Of a stretch of 64,000 bases of DNA, positions 56,423 to 64,000 are shown piece after piece; positions within the stretch are counted from its first letter, which is position 1, and each line of letters starts with the position of its first letter. Made by a program: the position numbers and the translations under genes. The notes below the pieces were generated by a model that worked only from the letters and a program-made list of their open reading frames with translations, was not told the DNA's origin and did not search any database. The DNA comes from Thermoplasmatota archaeon (GTDB lineage Archaea > Thermoplasmatota > Thermoplasmata > Thermoplasmatales > GCA-001856825), in assembly GCA_023381415.1 (NCBI GenBank), contig JAMCUN010000009.1:26616-90615 (forward strand), written 5' to 3'.

Positions 56423-58153
56423 ATGATGCACGACCTAAATCTTATGGTAGCGGGTCCCCAGGGCAGTGGAATCAATTTTACGTCAGATACTTTTGCAAAA
56501 GTGATGACAAGGGAGGGGTATCACGTCTTTACAAACGCTGAACTGTTCTCGACCATCAAGGGAGAACATTCGTACTTCAGGGTACGTGTTTGCAAGGACA
56601 TGATAAGGAGCTATTCCGAAAGGGTGGATATTCTTATACCGCTTGATGCGAAGAGCGTGATGCTCCATACCAAGGAACTATCGAAGGATGGCTCCATAAT
56701 TTATGAGGACAACCTGGAAGACCCAAGGCATGCTGCGATACCTTACAAGGACATACTTCAGACAGTGGCAACCAAGTTCGGGAAGGCCCTTTCCGAACTG
56801 AATGTGATGAAGAACACCGTTGCCCTGGCCGGCGCAACAAAGATGATCGGCCTGGACAAGGAGAAGATAAAGAGGGTTATATCGGAGAATTTCGCATCCA
56901 GGCCGAAGATCGCCGAAATGAACAATGCGATCGTTGACGAGGTATATTCGGATTTCAAGCCAGGCAGAACGTTCGATCTTGAGCCAGCTGTATACAAGAA
57001 GAGGATGCTCATAAACAGCACACACGCAGTAGGAATGGGAAAGGTTGAGGCTGGAATGAAGTTCCAGTCATACTACCCCATCACACCGGCAAGCGACGAA
57101 TCGAACTATCTGGAAAGACTGATGGACAAATACGATTTTGTCGTAGAACAGACGGAGGACGAGATAGCAGCAATTAACATGGCTATAGCTGCCGCAAACG
57201 CAGGGCTCAGATCGGCCACAAGCACTTCCGGGCCAGGATTTTCACTGATGGTGGAAGCGCTCTCCTATGCAGGCATGACAGAGACCCCTGTCGTCATATT
57301 CTTCTACCAGAGGGCAGGACCTGCAACGGGTATGCCAACAAGGCATGAGCAGGGTGATCTGAAGTATGCGCTCAGTGCGGGCCACGGGGAGTTTCCCAGG
57401 GTGGTTATAACACCGGGAGACCACAAGGAGGCATTCTACGACACAATAGAGGCTTTCAACATAGCTGAGAAGTATCAGGTACCAGTCATAGTGCTTCTAG
57501 ACAAGGCGATGGCCATGAGCAATTATACCGTTGACCTGTTTGACCTTAGCAAGGCGAGGATAGACAGGGGCAAGCTGATACTCGCTGAAACAAAGGACTA
57601 CCTTAGGTACAAATTCACGGATGACGGGATATCTCCAAGGTCTGTACCAGGCGTGAAGGGCGGTCTGGTAACGATAGCGGGGGATGAGCATGACGAGGAT
57701 GGACACATATTCACGGAAGATGCAGAAAACAGGATAAAGATGATGGACAAGAGGATGCAGAAGATGGCATCAGTACTCAGGGATGTTCCTGCAGACATGA
57801 AGGTCAAGTTCTACGGATCGCCTTCAAACAAGAAAGTTGTGCTGTCGTGGGGCTCCGCAAAAGGACCGGTACTGGATGCGATGGAGAAGGTGGGGGATGT
57901 ATCGCTGCTCCAGGTCAGGATGATGGAGCCGTTCCCGGTGGAGGATGTCATGAAATACCTGAAGGGAAAGACGATAATAGATGTGGAACAGAATTACAGC
58001 GGTCAGCTTGCAGACCTGCTGAAGGAGAAGACTGGACTTGATGTGAGCGCTAGAGTAGTGAAGTTCAACGGAAGGCCGATAGCATTCGAGGAGATGGTGG
58101 AAGTGCTGAGCAAACCAAAGCTGAATGGAAGGGAGGTGCTTACATTTGATTAG
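56423..58153 (+). CDS. 2-oxoacid:ferredoxin oxidoreductase, alpha (fused gamma-alpha) subunit
   Basis: N-terminal gamma-like domain, then YYPITPAS, TSGPGFSLM, and the FYQRAGPATGMPT pattern of KorA/PorA. Confidence 0.9.
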   Translation: MMHDLNLMVAGPQGSGINFTSDTFAKVMTREGYHVFTNAELFSTIKGEHSYFRVRVCKDMIRSYSERVDILIPLDAKSVMLHTKELSKDGSIIYEDNLEDPRHAAIPYKDILQTVATKFGKALSELNVMKNTVALAGATKMIGLDKEKIKRVISENFASRPKIAEMNNAIVDEVYSDFKPGRTFDLEPAVYKKRMLINSTHAVGMGKVEAGMKFQSYYPITPASDESNYLERLMDKYDFVVEQTEDEIAAINMAIAAANAGLRSATSTSGPGFSLMVEALSYAGMTETPVVIFFYQRAGPATGMPTRHEQGDLKYALSAGHGEFPRVVITPGDHKEAFYDTIEAFNIAEKYQVPVIVLLDKAMAMSNYTVDLFDLSKARIDRGKLILAETKDYLRYKFTDDGISPRSVPGVKGGLVTIAGDEHDEDGHIFTEDAENRIKMMDKRMQKMASVLRDVPADMKVKFYGSPSNKKVVLSWGSAKGPVLDAMEKVGDVSLLQVRMMEPFPVEDVMKYLKGKTIIDVEQNYSGQLADLLKEKTGLDVSARVVKFNGRPIAFEEMVEVLSKPKLNGREVLTFD

Positions 58154-59078
58154 CACCGTAAGCCCTGCTGCGAAACCACAGAGCTACAAGACGAACGTGG
58201 AAATAGACTGGTGCCCGGGGTGCGGTGACTTCGGTATACTCAATGCCCTGGTACTTGCTCTTCAGGAGCTGAAGATACCGAATGAGGATGTCGTCCTCAC
58301 TGGTGGCATAGGGTGCAGCTCCAAGATTCCGCATTACGTCAATGTGAACACACTTCATACACTTCACGGAAGGTCGCTTGTTCAGGCACAGGCAGTGAAG
58401 ATGGCAAATCCGCGCCTTGAAGTTATATCCGCTTCTGGCGACGGCGACGGGCTTGGGATAGGGTCTGCGCATTTCGTTGCCGCCGGAAGGAGAAACGTGG
58501 ATATGACGTACATACTATTCGACAATGGAGTTTACGGACTCACGAAGGGACAGGCCTCCCCAACTCTGCCGTACGGTGAGATGCCGAAGAGCATAGAGAC
58601 TGAGAACATAAAATTCCCAGTGAATCCGTTGTTCCTCGGACTGGCGTCTGGATTCACTTTCGTTTCAAGGAGCTATTCGTACAACATCAAGCACCTAAAG
58701 GAAACGTTGATAAGAGCCATGAAGCACAGGGGGCTTGCACTTGTAGACGTGATGCAGCCCTGCGTTACCTACAACAACATCAATACCAAGGAATTCTACG
58801 ATCCCAGGCTCTACGACATAGAGAAGGAAGGATGGAACCCCGTCGCTAACAACGAAGCGGAATACAAGCAGAAGGTGCCGCAGGCAGTCCTGAAATCACT
58901 GGAATGGGGCGAAAGGATACCGATGGGGGTATTCATAGACTACCAGACAGAAACATACGATCAGAAGCTCCAGAAACTGGTACCGGACTACGGAAAAAAG
59001 AACTACGTGATGGACCCTATCCACTCAAACGGAAAACCGCTGAACGACGTTACGGACCTGATGAACTCGTTCTGCTAG
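58125..59078 (+). CDS. 2-oxoacid:ferredoxin oxidoreductase, beta (TPP-binding) subunit
   Basis: WCPGCGDFGIL, GIGCS, TPP motif SGDGDGLGIG...NGVYGLTKGQ. The true start is probably TTG 58146, overlapping the alpha stop. Confidence 0.9.
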   Translation: MEGRCLHLISTVSPAAKPQSYKTNVEIDWCPGCGDFGILNALVLALQELKIPNEDVVLTGGIGCSSKIPHYVNVNTLHTLHGRSLVQAQAVKMANPRLEVISASGDGDGLGIGSAHFVAAGRRNVDMTYILFDNGVYGLTKGQASPTLPYGEMPKSIETENIKFPVNPLFLGLASGFTFVSRSYSYNIKHLKETLIRAMKHRGLALVDVMQPCVTYNNINTKEFYDPRLYDIEKEGWNPVANNEAEYKQKVPQAVLKSLEWGERIPMGVFIDYQTETYDQKLQKLVPDYGKKNYVMDPIHSNGKPLNDVTDLMNSFC

Positions 59079-59099
59079 TTTTTTTCATTTTATTTTATT
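59079..59099 (+). terminator. oligo-T tract after the oxidoreductase operon
   Basis: TTTTTTTCATTTTATTTTATT begins immediately after the TAG stop. Archaeal terminators are typically T-runs. Confidence 0.4.
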
Positions 59100-59278
59100 C
59101 CATTACTCACTTCTTCTTCGCTCTCCATCTGCTAGTACGGCACCTATTGCTGCTATTATTATCACCACTGAGATTATTGCGCATAACAGGTAATATGTTG
59201 CAGGATTTGATATTGCATTAACCTTAGACTGTATGCTTGACCCTGGTAGGGTTAGGGAACCCGTTGTGTTATTGCTTG

Positions 59279-59317
59279 AATATCCTGATGAAAGATGAAA
59301 TGTTTCTCTGATATATT
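59279..59317 (+). ncRNA. candidate minimal box C/D-like (k-turn) RNA element
   Basis: AATAT-C-CTGATGA-N16-CTGA-T-ATATT: a C-box-like UGAUGA and D-box CUGA closed by a 5-bp terminal stem. No C'/D' pair. Lies in a convergent intergenic gap. Confidence 0.2.
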
Positions 59318-59490
59318 GGAGGATCCCGAATAACCCATCTTGTAATGTTCATGGCACTTTGAGACAAATCGAGAAAATAATTATGAAATAATATTTTGGA
59401 AAGGCTGTTGAATTCTATTAGAGACCTTCTGTGTCACCTGAATTTCAATGCGCATATTCAATGGATGGACCACCTTGTGTGCGTTCTACG

Positions 59491-60642
59491 TCAGGGGTGC
59501 TTCGTACTTCTAAGCGTTTCTGCGATTATTGAAACCCCTTTCTCGACTATTTGCGCAGGGGCGGTCACAGGAGGGGTTATCTTTAAAACATTGTTGTTTG
59601 CGCCTGTAAGGGTGCATACAACGCCTCCCTTCGCAGCCTTATCCCTCACTTCAAGAGCGTACTTTGGATCAGGCCTGCCTCGTGAATCCACTAGCTCCAC
59701 TCCTATCATGAACCCTCTCCCCCGGACCTCTAGAATGTTCCCACTTTCGATTTCCCTCAGGGAATCGATTATCTGCCTGCTCATTTCATTCACGTAGCGC
59801 AGCCTCTCCTCTGTTATCTTAGAGAGCACCTTTAACGCAACCCTTGCGGTGAACATCGTGGCTGCCTGCATGCTCACCAGATTGTTCTTGTAGAGAGGGT
59901 ATTCATCGCTGTAAAGGACAGCGCCCAGAGGAAAGCCGGCTCCTAGTGCCTTCCCTAGACAGAGGTAATCAGGCTTGAACCCATACCTCTTGAACAGGAA
60001 CATCTCCCCAGATCTTCCTAGCGCAGTATATACCTCATCCACTATCAGTTTCATTCCGAATTCATTGATCGTCTCCTTAACGTATCTTGCGAAGCTGTCT
60101 GTCATCACATTGATGCCACCATCTGACTGTATCAGCTCCGTTATCATGGCACTACCCCTTAAATCGAAACGTCTCGATGCCTTTTTCAGGATCCTGTCAT
60201 TTGCGTCTATCGCCCCTTCTTCACTCAGTTCTGTATTAGGGAACCTGAGGTGGACAATCTTGTTGGATAAGTCAATTCCATTTCCATTTGAAACCAGGTT
60301 TGTTATATAATCAAGTCCGTGGTATGCCCCCTCGAACGATATGTATGGCCTGCCGTAATTCATCTGTAAAGCGGAGTCACATGCCTCCGTTCCTGATGTT
60401 GAGAAAGCAACGTTATCAAATCCGGATATGGAGGTGAGCCTCTTTATGAGCCTTTCTGTGTATTCGTTCCTATATATAAGGTAGGTCAGGGGCGAGATGA
60501 GTTCGTCTGGACGGACGAAGTTGTGCCCGACTGCCATGGCTGCCCCTGAGAAGTCGATGTATTCCTTTCTTCCGATCTTTACTATGAACCGTCCAGTGGA
60601 GCTCACCCTGCCCCTCAGCTGCTTGAATTCAGGGGTTACCAT
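59491..60642 (-). CDS. class III (ornithine/GABA-type) aminotransferase
   Basis: STSGTEA, DEVYTALGRSGEMF, PLP-Lys block CLGKALGAGFPLG. Substrate unknown. Confidence 0.8.
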   Translation of the reverse strand: MVTPEFKQLRGRVSSTGRFIVKIGRKEYIDFSGAAMAVGHNFVRPDELISPLTYLIYRNEYTERLIKRLTSISGFDNVAFSTSGTEACDSALQMNYGRPYISFEGAYHGLDYITNLVSNGNGIDLSNKIVHLRFPNTELSEEGAIDANDRILKKASRRFDLRGSAMITELIQSDGGINVMTDSFARYVKETINEFGMKLIVDEVYTALGRSGEMFLFKRYGFKPDYLCLGKALGAGFPLGAVLYSDEYPLYKNNLVSMQAATMFTARVALKVLSKITEERLRYVNEMSRQIIDSLREIESGNILEVRGRGFMIGVELVDSRGRPDPKYALEVRDKAAKGGVVCTLTGANNNVLKITPPVTAPAQIVEKGVSIIAETLRSTKHP

Positions 60643-60657
60643 CCTCTATTCTATCCC

Positions 60658-62109
60658 CTACTTCATCAGTTCCTCGACACTTTCCACCTTCGTGTGGCCT
60701 CTCCTGAGGTATATGATAATGATGCTCAGTATTATCCAGACCACAATCATGAAGTCAGCTACTAGCAGCGGGCCTGAGAGCCCTGCGAGGGAGTAGTAGA
60801 TCGCTATTGCCATTATCACAGATGCGATTGCCGGTCCCACTATGTGGAATGGAATGTTGATCTTCTCCTTTGTCCTGCGAAGGAACAGTGCGAGAGATTG
60901 GTTCGTGAATATGTGGTATAGAAGCGTGAACACCGTAATTGCGGTGAACCATGCCGAGAACCCGTAGAATAACCCGTTTGCAACTCCCAATGCTGCGACG
61001 AACCCAGCGATGGTCGCTATTACTCCCACGAAAAGTGCTACGAATAGCCAGATTGTGGCAATATGTGGACTCTGGTACTTCTTGTGCACTTTTGCTAGGC
61101 TTGATGGAAGTACTCCATCCCTTGCCAAGGCAAATATCGTCCTAGCACCGCTGTTGCCGAATATCACAGGGGATGCTATCTGGGCAAAGACCACTATCAC
61201 CAACGCAAGGAAGGCAACGTCTATACCCATGTACTGCTGGGAAAGATATATTCCTGGGGCAAAGGAAGAAACGACAGTGCTGAAATTGGAACCGGACGAG
61301 GCGACTATCGCATAGACCACAAAAGTGTCAAAGGCAACCATTATGAGGAGGGCTGTCACGATTGCCTTCTTCAGGCTTCTCTTCGCAAGATGAGCTTCCT
61401 CACCGAGGGACACAACTGAACCATATCCGCCATAAGCAAGGAATGCACCGACGACCATCGCGAGGAAGAATCCGTAGAGACCGTTCGTTGAGTTGGCTAT
61501 GTTGAACGCCGCGAGGCTGTGATGACCGCTGAGCCCAAGCAATGCAGATGCGACTATGACGAAGAACACTATCTGCACAAGACCGATGAACATTGCAGTT
61601 CTGGTGGCAACCTTGATCCCGAAATATCCCACAATGAGGTACAGCACCGGAACGATGAGGCTGAGCAGAACAACTGCATAGAATGGTAGAGTGTAGTTGA
61701 ACAGCGCTATCAGGCTGACGTAGACGAACCATCCTACGACGATGCTTGCACCGACTATATCCCCCACTACCCAGAATAGGTGCCAGAAACCGACGCTCTT
61801 TGAAATGTACTTATTTCCCGTTCCTGCCTCTACAAATTTGAAGTATCCTCCCGCGTTTGCTATCTTCTCGCTGAAAACATAAACAGCTATTATCGCAAGA
61901 AACAGTGTCGCACCGGCTATCAGGAACGCCAGAGGCGCCGTCACCCCTCCAAATACCATTGCCGTAACACCCGTGACGGCAAAGGCACCTGCGGGGAAGA
62001 TAATGGAAACAGCATAGAATACCAACCCCCAGAATCTGACAGCATCTTTCTTCAAGCCAGGAGACGTCTGAGCTCCACTCGAACTGTTGTTAGTCATTTT
62101 CATCTCCAA
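60658..62109 (-). CDS. APC superfamily amino-acid permease
   Basis: 12 TM segments with APC-like organisation. 15 nt upstream of the aminotransferase gene on the same strand. Confidence 0.8.
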   Translation of the reverse strand: MEMKMTNNSSSGAQTSPGLKKDAVRFWGLVFYAVSIIFPAGAFAVTGVTAMVFGGVTAPLAFLIAGATLFLAIIAVYVFSEKIANAGGYFKFVEAGTGNKYISKSVGFWHLFWVVGDIVGASIVVGWFVYVSLIALFNYTLPFYAVVLLSLIVPVLYLIVGYFGIKVATRTAMFIGLVQIVFFVIVASALLGLSGHHSLAAFNIANSTNGLYGFFLAMVVGAFLAYGGYGSVVSLGEEAHLAKRSLKKAIVTALLIMVAFDTFVVYAIVASSGSNFSTVVSSFAPGIYLSQQYMGIDVAFLALVIVVFAQIASPVIFGNSGARTIFALARDGVLPSSLAKVHKKYQSPHIATIWLFVALFVGVIATIAGFVAALGVANGLFYGFSAWFTAITVFTLLYHIFTNQSLALFLRRTKEKINIPFHIVGPAIASVIMAIAIYYSLAGLSGPLLVADFMIVVWIILSIIIIYLRRGHTKVESVEELMK

Positions 62110-62389
62110 ATGTGGACAAAGTGTATTTAATATTAAACATTTGCAATATCTTTCAGATCAACTCCTATTTCCCAAGAAAATAGTTAATAATTGCACGTAG
62201 AGACTCAACTTCTCGTCAACACTTTCACTGCATAAGTCTCTTAGGACCGTATTCTCACCTGACTCGAAATGGTGAAGCCATTTGCAAGAGTATTCCCCCT
62301 ATTTAAACTGCTACCCTGATGCAGTCCCCTTTCCATGAAAAATGTCCCGATCCTGGGCAAGAAATTTAAATTAACTTCGCCTATATCTA

Positions 62390-62411
62390 CAGAACTTCTA
62401 ATGAAGTTCTG
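62390..62411. promoter_or_regulatory. 22-bp palindrome CAGAACTTC-TAAT-GAAGTTCTG
   Basis: Perfect 9-bp arms ending 12 nt before the epimerase ATG (62424). Either an operator or a 5' hairpin. Confidence 0.3.
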
Positions 62412-62423
62412 AAGGGAAAAATT

Positions 62424-63542
62424 ATGACTGTACTGAATGAAAAGGTCGTTGATCTGAATGTCCAGGTTGGAGACCTCAAGATACAAAAGGCCAAAGTTTA
62501 CCACATCAAGCTCCCTCTGACTGAACCCTTCAAGATTTCCCTGGGAACTCAGTACGACTACTCAGGGACGGTAGTTGAACTTGATTCTGGGGAGATTGAA
62601 GGTTATGGAGAGGGTTCCACTATAGAAGAGATCACGGGTGAAGTGCCTGCCGGTGTTTTCGAGACTGCTCTCCATATATTGAATCGCCTGAAGGATAGGA
62701 AGTACTCTGGAATAGAGGAACTCTTGGAAGATGTCTATAAGTCCGTATATGCGAATCCAACAGCCAAGGATGCCGTAGATACAGCCATTCACGACATCGT
62801 ATCCAAGCACTACGGCATCCACCTGACAAGACTCCTGGGGGGAGGCCCGAAGGAGATGCAGACAAGCCTGACCATTGGGCTGGGAACTGTAAAGGAGAAT
62901 TTGCAATCGCTGGAGAGACTGAAGAGATTGAAGAGCAAGGTAATCAAGGTAAAGGTTGGAAAGAATGCAGATGAGGATATTGAAAGGATAAAAGCGATCT
63001 CAGAACATCTTGAAGGTATGGAGTTTTACGTTGACGCGAACCAGGGGTACAAACTGGGGGATGCAATGAAAGTTGCAAATGTACTGGGTGATTCCGGAGC
63101 GCTCTTCTTTGAACAGCCACTGGATAGGCATGCACTGCAGGACCTCCGTGCCTTGAGGAGACAGAGTGGCATCCCAATTATGCTGGATGAATCAATAAGC
63201 GAGCCTTTGGACGTGATAGACGCAATTCTTTCAGAAAGCGCAGACCTGGTTAACGTGAAGCTCACCAAGAGCGGCGGGATAAGGAAGGCGTTCAAGACTC
63301 TGATTACCGCACAATCCTACGGCATTGATTCAATGGTTGGATGCATGATTGAGAGCAAGGTTGGAATCGCTGCTTCACTTGCGGTTGCATCTTCTCTATC
63401 AAATGTCAAATACACAGATCTGGATGGATTTCATTCAATCAAGATACAGCCTTTTGACGGTGGGTTGGAATATAGGTCTGGAATAAACATACCCGTCTCG
63501 AAACCAGGACTTGCCTGTGCACCAATTAGGAAGAACTGGTGA
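62424..63542 (+). CDS. enolase-superfamily dipeptide (L-Ala-D/L-Glu-type) epimerase
   Basis: MLE-subgroup residues: KxK (IKVKVGK), FYVDANQGY, FFEQP, IMLDES, VNVKLTKSGG. N-terminal capping domain LPLTEPFKISLG. Confidence 0.8.
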   Translation: MTVLNEKVVDLNVQVGDLKIQKAKVYHIKLPLTEPFKISLGTQYDYSGTVVELDSGEIEGYGEGSTIEEITGEVPAGVFETALHILNRLKDRKYSGIEELLEDVYKSVYANPTAKDAVDTAIHDIVSKHYGIHLTRLLGGGPKEMQTSLTIGLGTVKENLQSLERLKRLKSKVIKVKVGKNADEDIERIKAISEHLEGMEFYVDANQGYKLGDAMKVANVLGDSGALFFEQPLDRHALQDLRALRRQSGIPIMLDESISEPLDVIDAILSESADLVNVKLTKSGGIRKAFKTLITAQSYGIDSMVGCMIESKVGIAASLAVASSLSNVKYTDLDGFHSIKIQPFDGGLEYRSGINIPVSKPGLACAPIRKNW

Positions 63543-63674
63543 TCCTTCTCGAAGTTGCCTCTTCAAATACAGTCTGTATAGAAAACAAGACAGAATGATT
63601 CAAATGTCTAAATCGGACACCTACATTTCGGTTTCTACTCTCCGGATACATTCCATACAACTTTTGGTAAAATA

Positions 63675-63748
63675 TAGCGGGGGATGGATTTGAACCATCG
63701 GTCTACGGGTTATGAGCCCGTCGGGATACCTGGCTACCCCACCCCGCT
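63675..63748 (-). tRNA. initiator tRNA-Met (anticodon CAT)
   Basis: AGCGGGG...CCCCGCT-A gives an A1:U72 pair. Three consecutive G:C pairs close the anticodon stem (GGG-CTCATAA-CCC). T-loop is GGTTCAAATCC. No CCA encoded. Confidence 0.9.
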
Positions 63749-63770
63749 TCGAGTTGCAGATGTCGGTACC

Positions 63771-63778
63771 TTATTTAT
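63771..63778 (-). promoter_or_regulatory. TATA-like box for tRNA-iMet
   Basis: ATAAATAA (minus sense) ends 23 nt upstream of the tRNA 5' end. Confidence 0.35.
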
Positions 63779-64000
63779 GTTTTTGTGAGACATTTGCTGG
63801 GTTTGATGGAAACACATTCACTTCATCTAACGGAACCATCTCTATTGAGGAGAAAAACTGAAGCTACCAGTACCATCTGCAGATAGTAAATTAGTACAAT
63901 TTTTCCTTACATTCCTAGGGAGTCATGGTAAACGGAAATCACACAAGCAATTCTATTGCATGGAGCATTGCCATTTATCCAATCCTGGTTGCACAGGACT

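Noticed and set aside
63925-64000. Possible start of a + strand gene (MVNGNHTSNSIAWSIAIYPILVAQD...) running off the window
   Set aside because: Only 25 codons are visible, and there is no recognisable motif or upstream signal. It cannot be supported.
1-64000. CRISPR arrays, IS elements, integrases, restriction-modification, toxin-antitoxin or other known defence modules
   Set aside because: I saw no spaced direct repeats, no transposase or integrase motifs, and no terminal inverted repeats flanking any segment. Both tRNA genes are intact, with no adjacent integrase or att-like duplication.

Overview
Dense archaeal chromosomal window, mostly coding by eye. GC looks mid-40s percent but was not computed. 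Gene content points to a Thermoplasmata-type euryarchaeon, which is an inference. It rests on an XPB-Bax1 pair, GGGP and DGGGP synthases, Nop5, RpoD/RpoK, Sec61-beta, an S13-S4-S11-rpoD block, a two-subunit 2-oxoacid:ferredoxin oxidoreductase and GTP-PEPCK. Many genes have an A/T-rich box about 25 nt upstream, and ATGA start/stop overlaps are frequent. I call about 65 protein genes and 2 tRNAs (Leu-GAG and initiator Met-CAT). I see no rRNA, CRISPR array, recognisable IS, transposase, integrase or known defence gene. Beyond housekeeping, the main theme is amino-acid and peptide scavenging: two APC permeases, five aminotransferase-fold genes, two enolase-superfamily racemase/epimerase genes, an M20 amidohydrolase, an M13 peptidase, and an ADH/ALDH/CoA-transferase cluster. 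I did not find a compelling, clearly new multi-gene system. The best leads are: (1) an acr3-arsR locus with no arsenate reductase, a translationally linked Cys-rich orphan, and two tandem ferredoxin-like genes next to it; one ferredoxin copy is cut by an in-frame TAG inside its Fe-S motif, with homology continuing past the stop. (2) A tightly coupled NAD kinase - JAMM - ComB-like phosphatase operon. (3) A roughly 900-bp non-coding stretch (54035..54940) that is anomalous for this genome. (4) A small box C/D-like k-turn element in a convergent intergenic gap. (5) Two D-/L-amino-acid interconversion clusters. All family assignments come from motifs read by eye and recalled family knowledge; no searches were run. 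Start codons are often ambiguous because ATG, GTG and TTG are all used.
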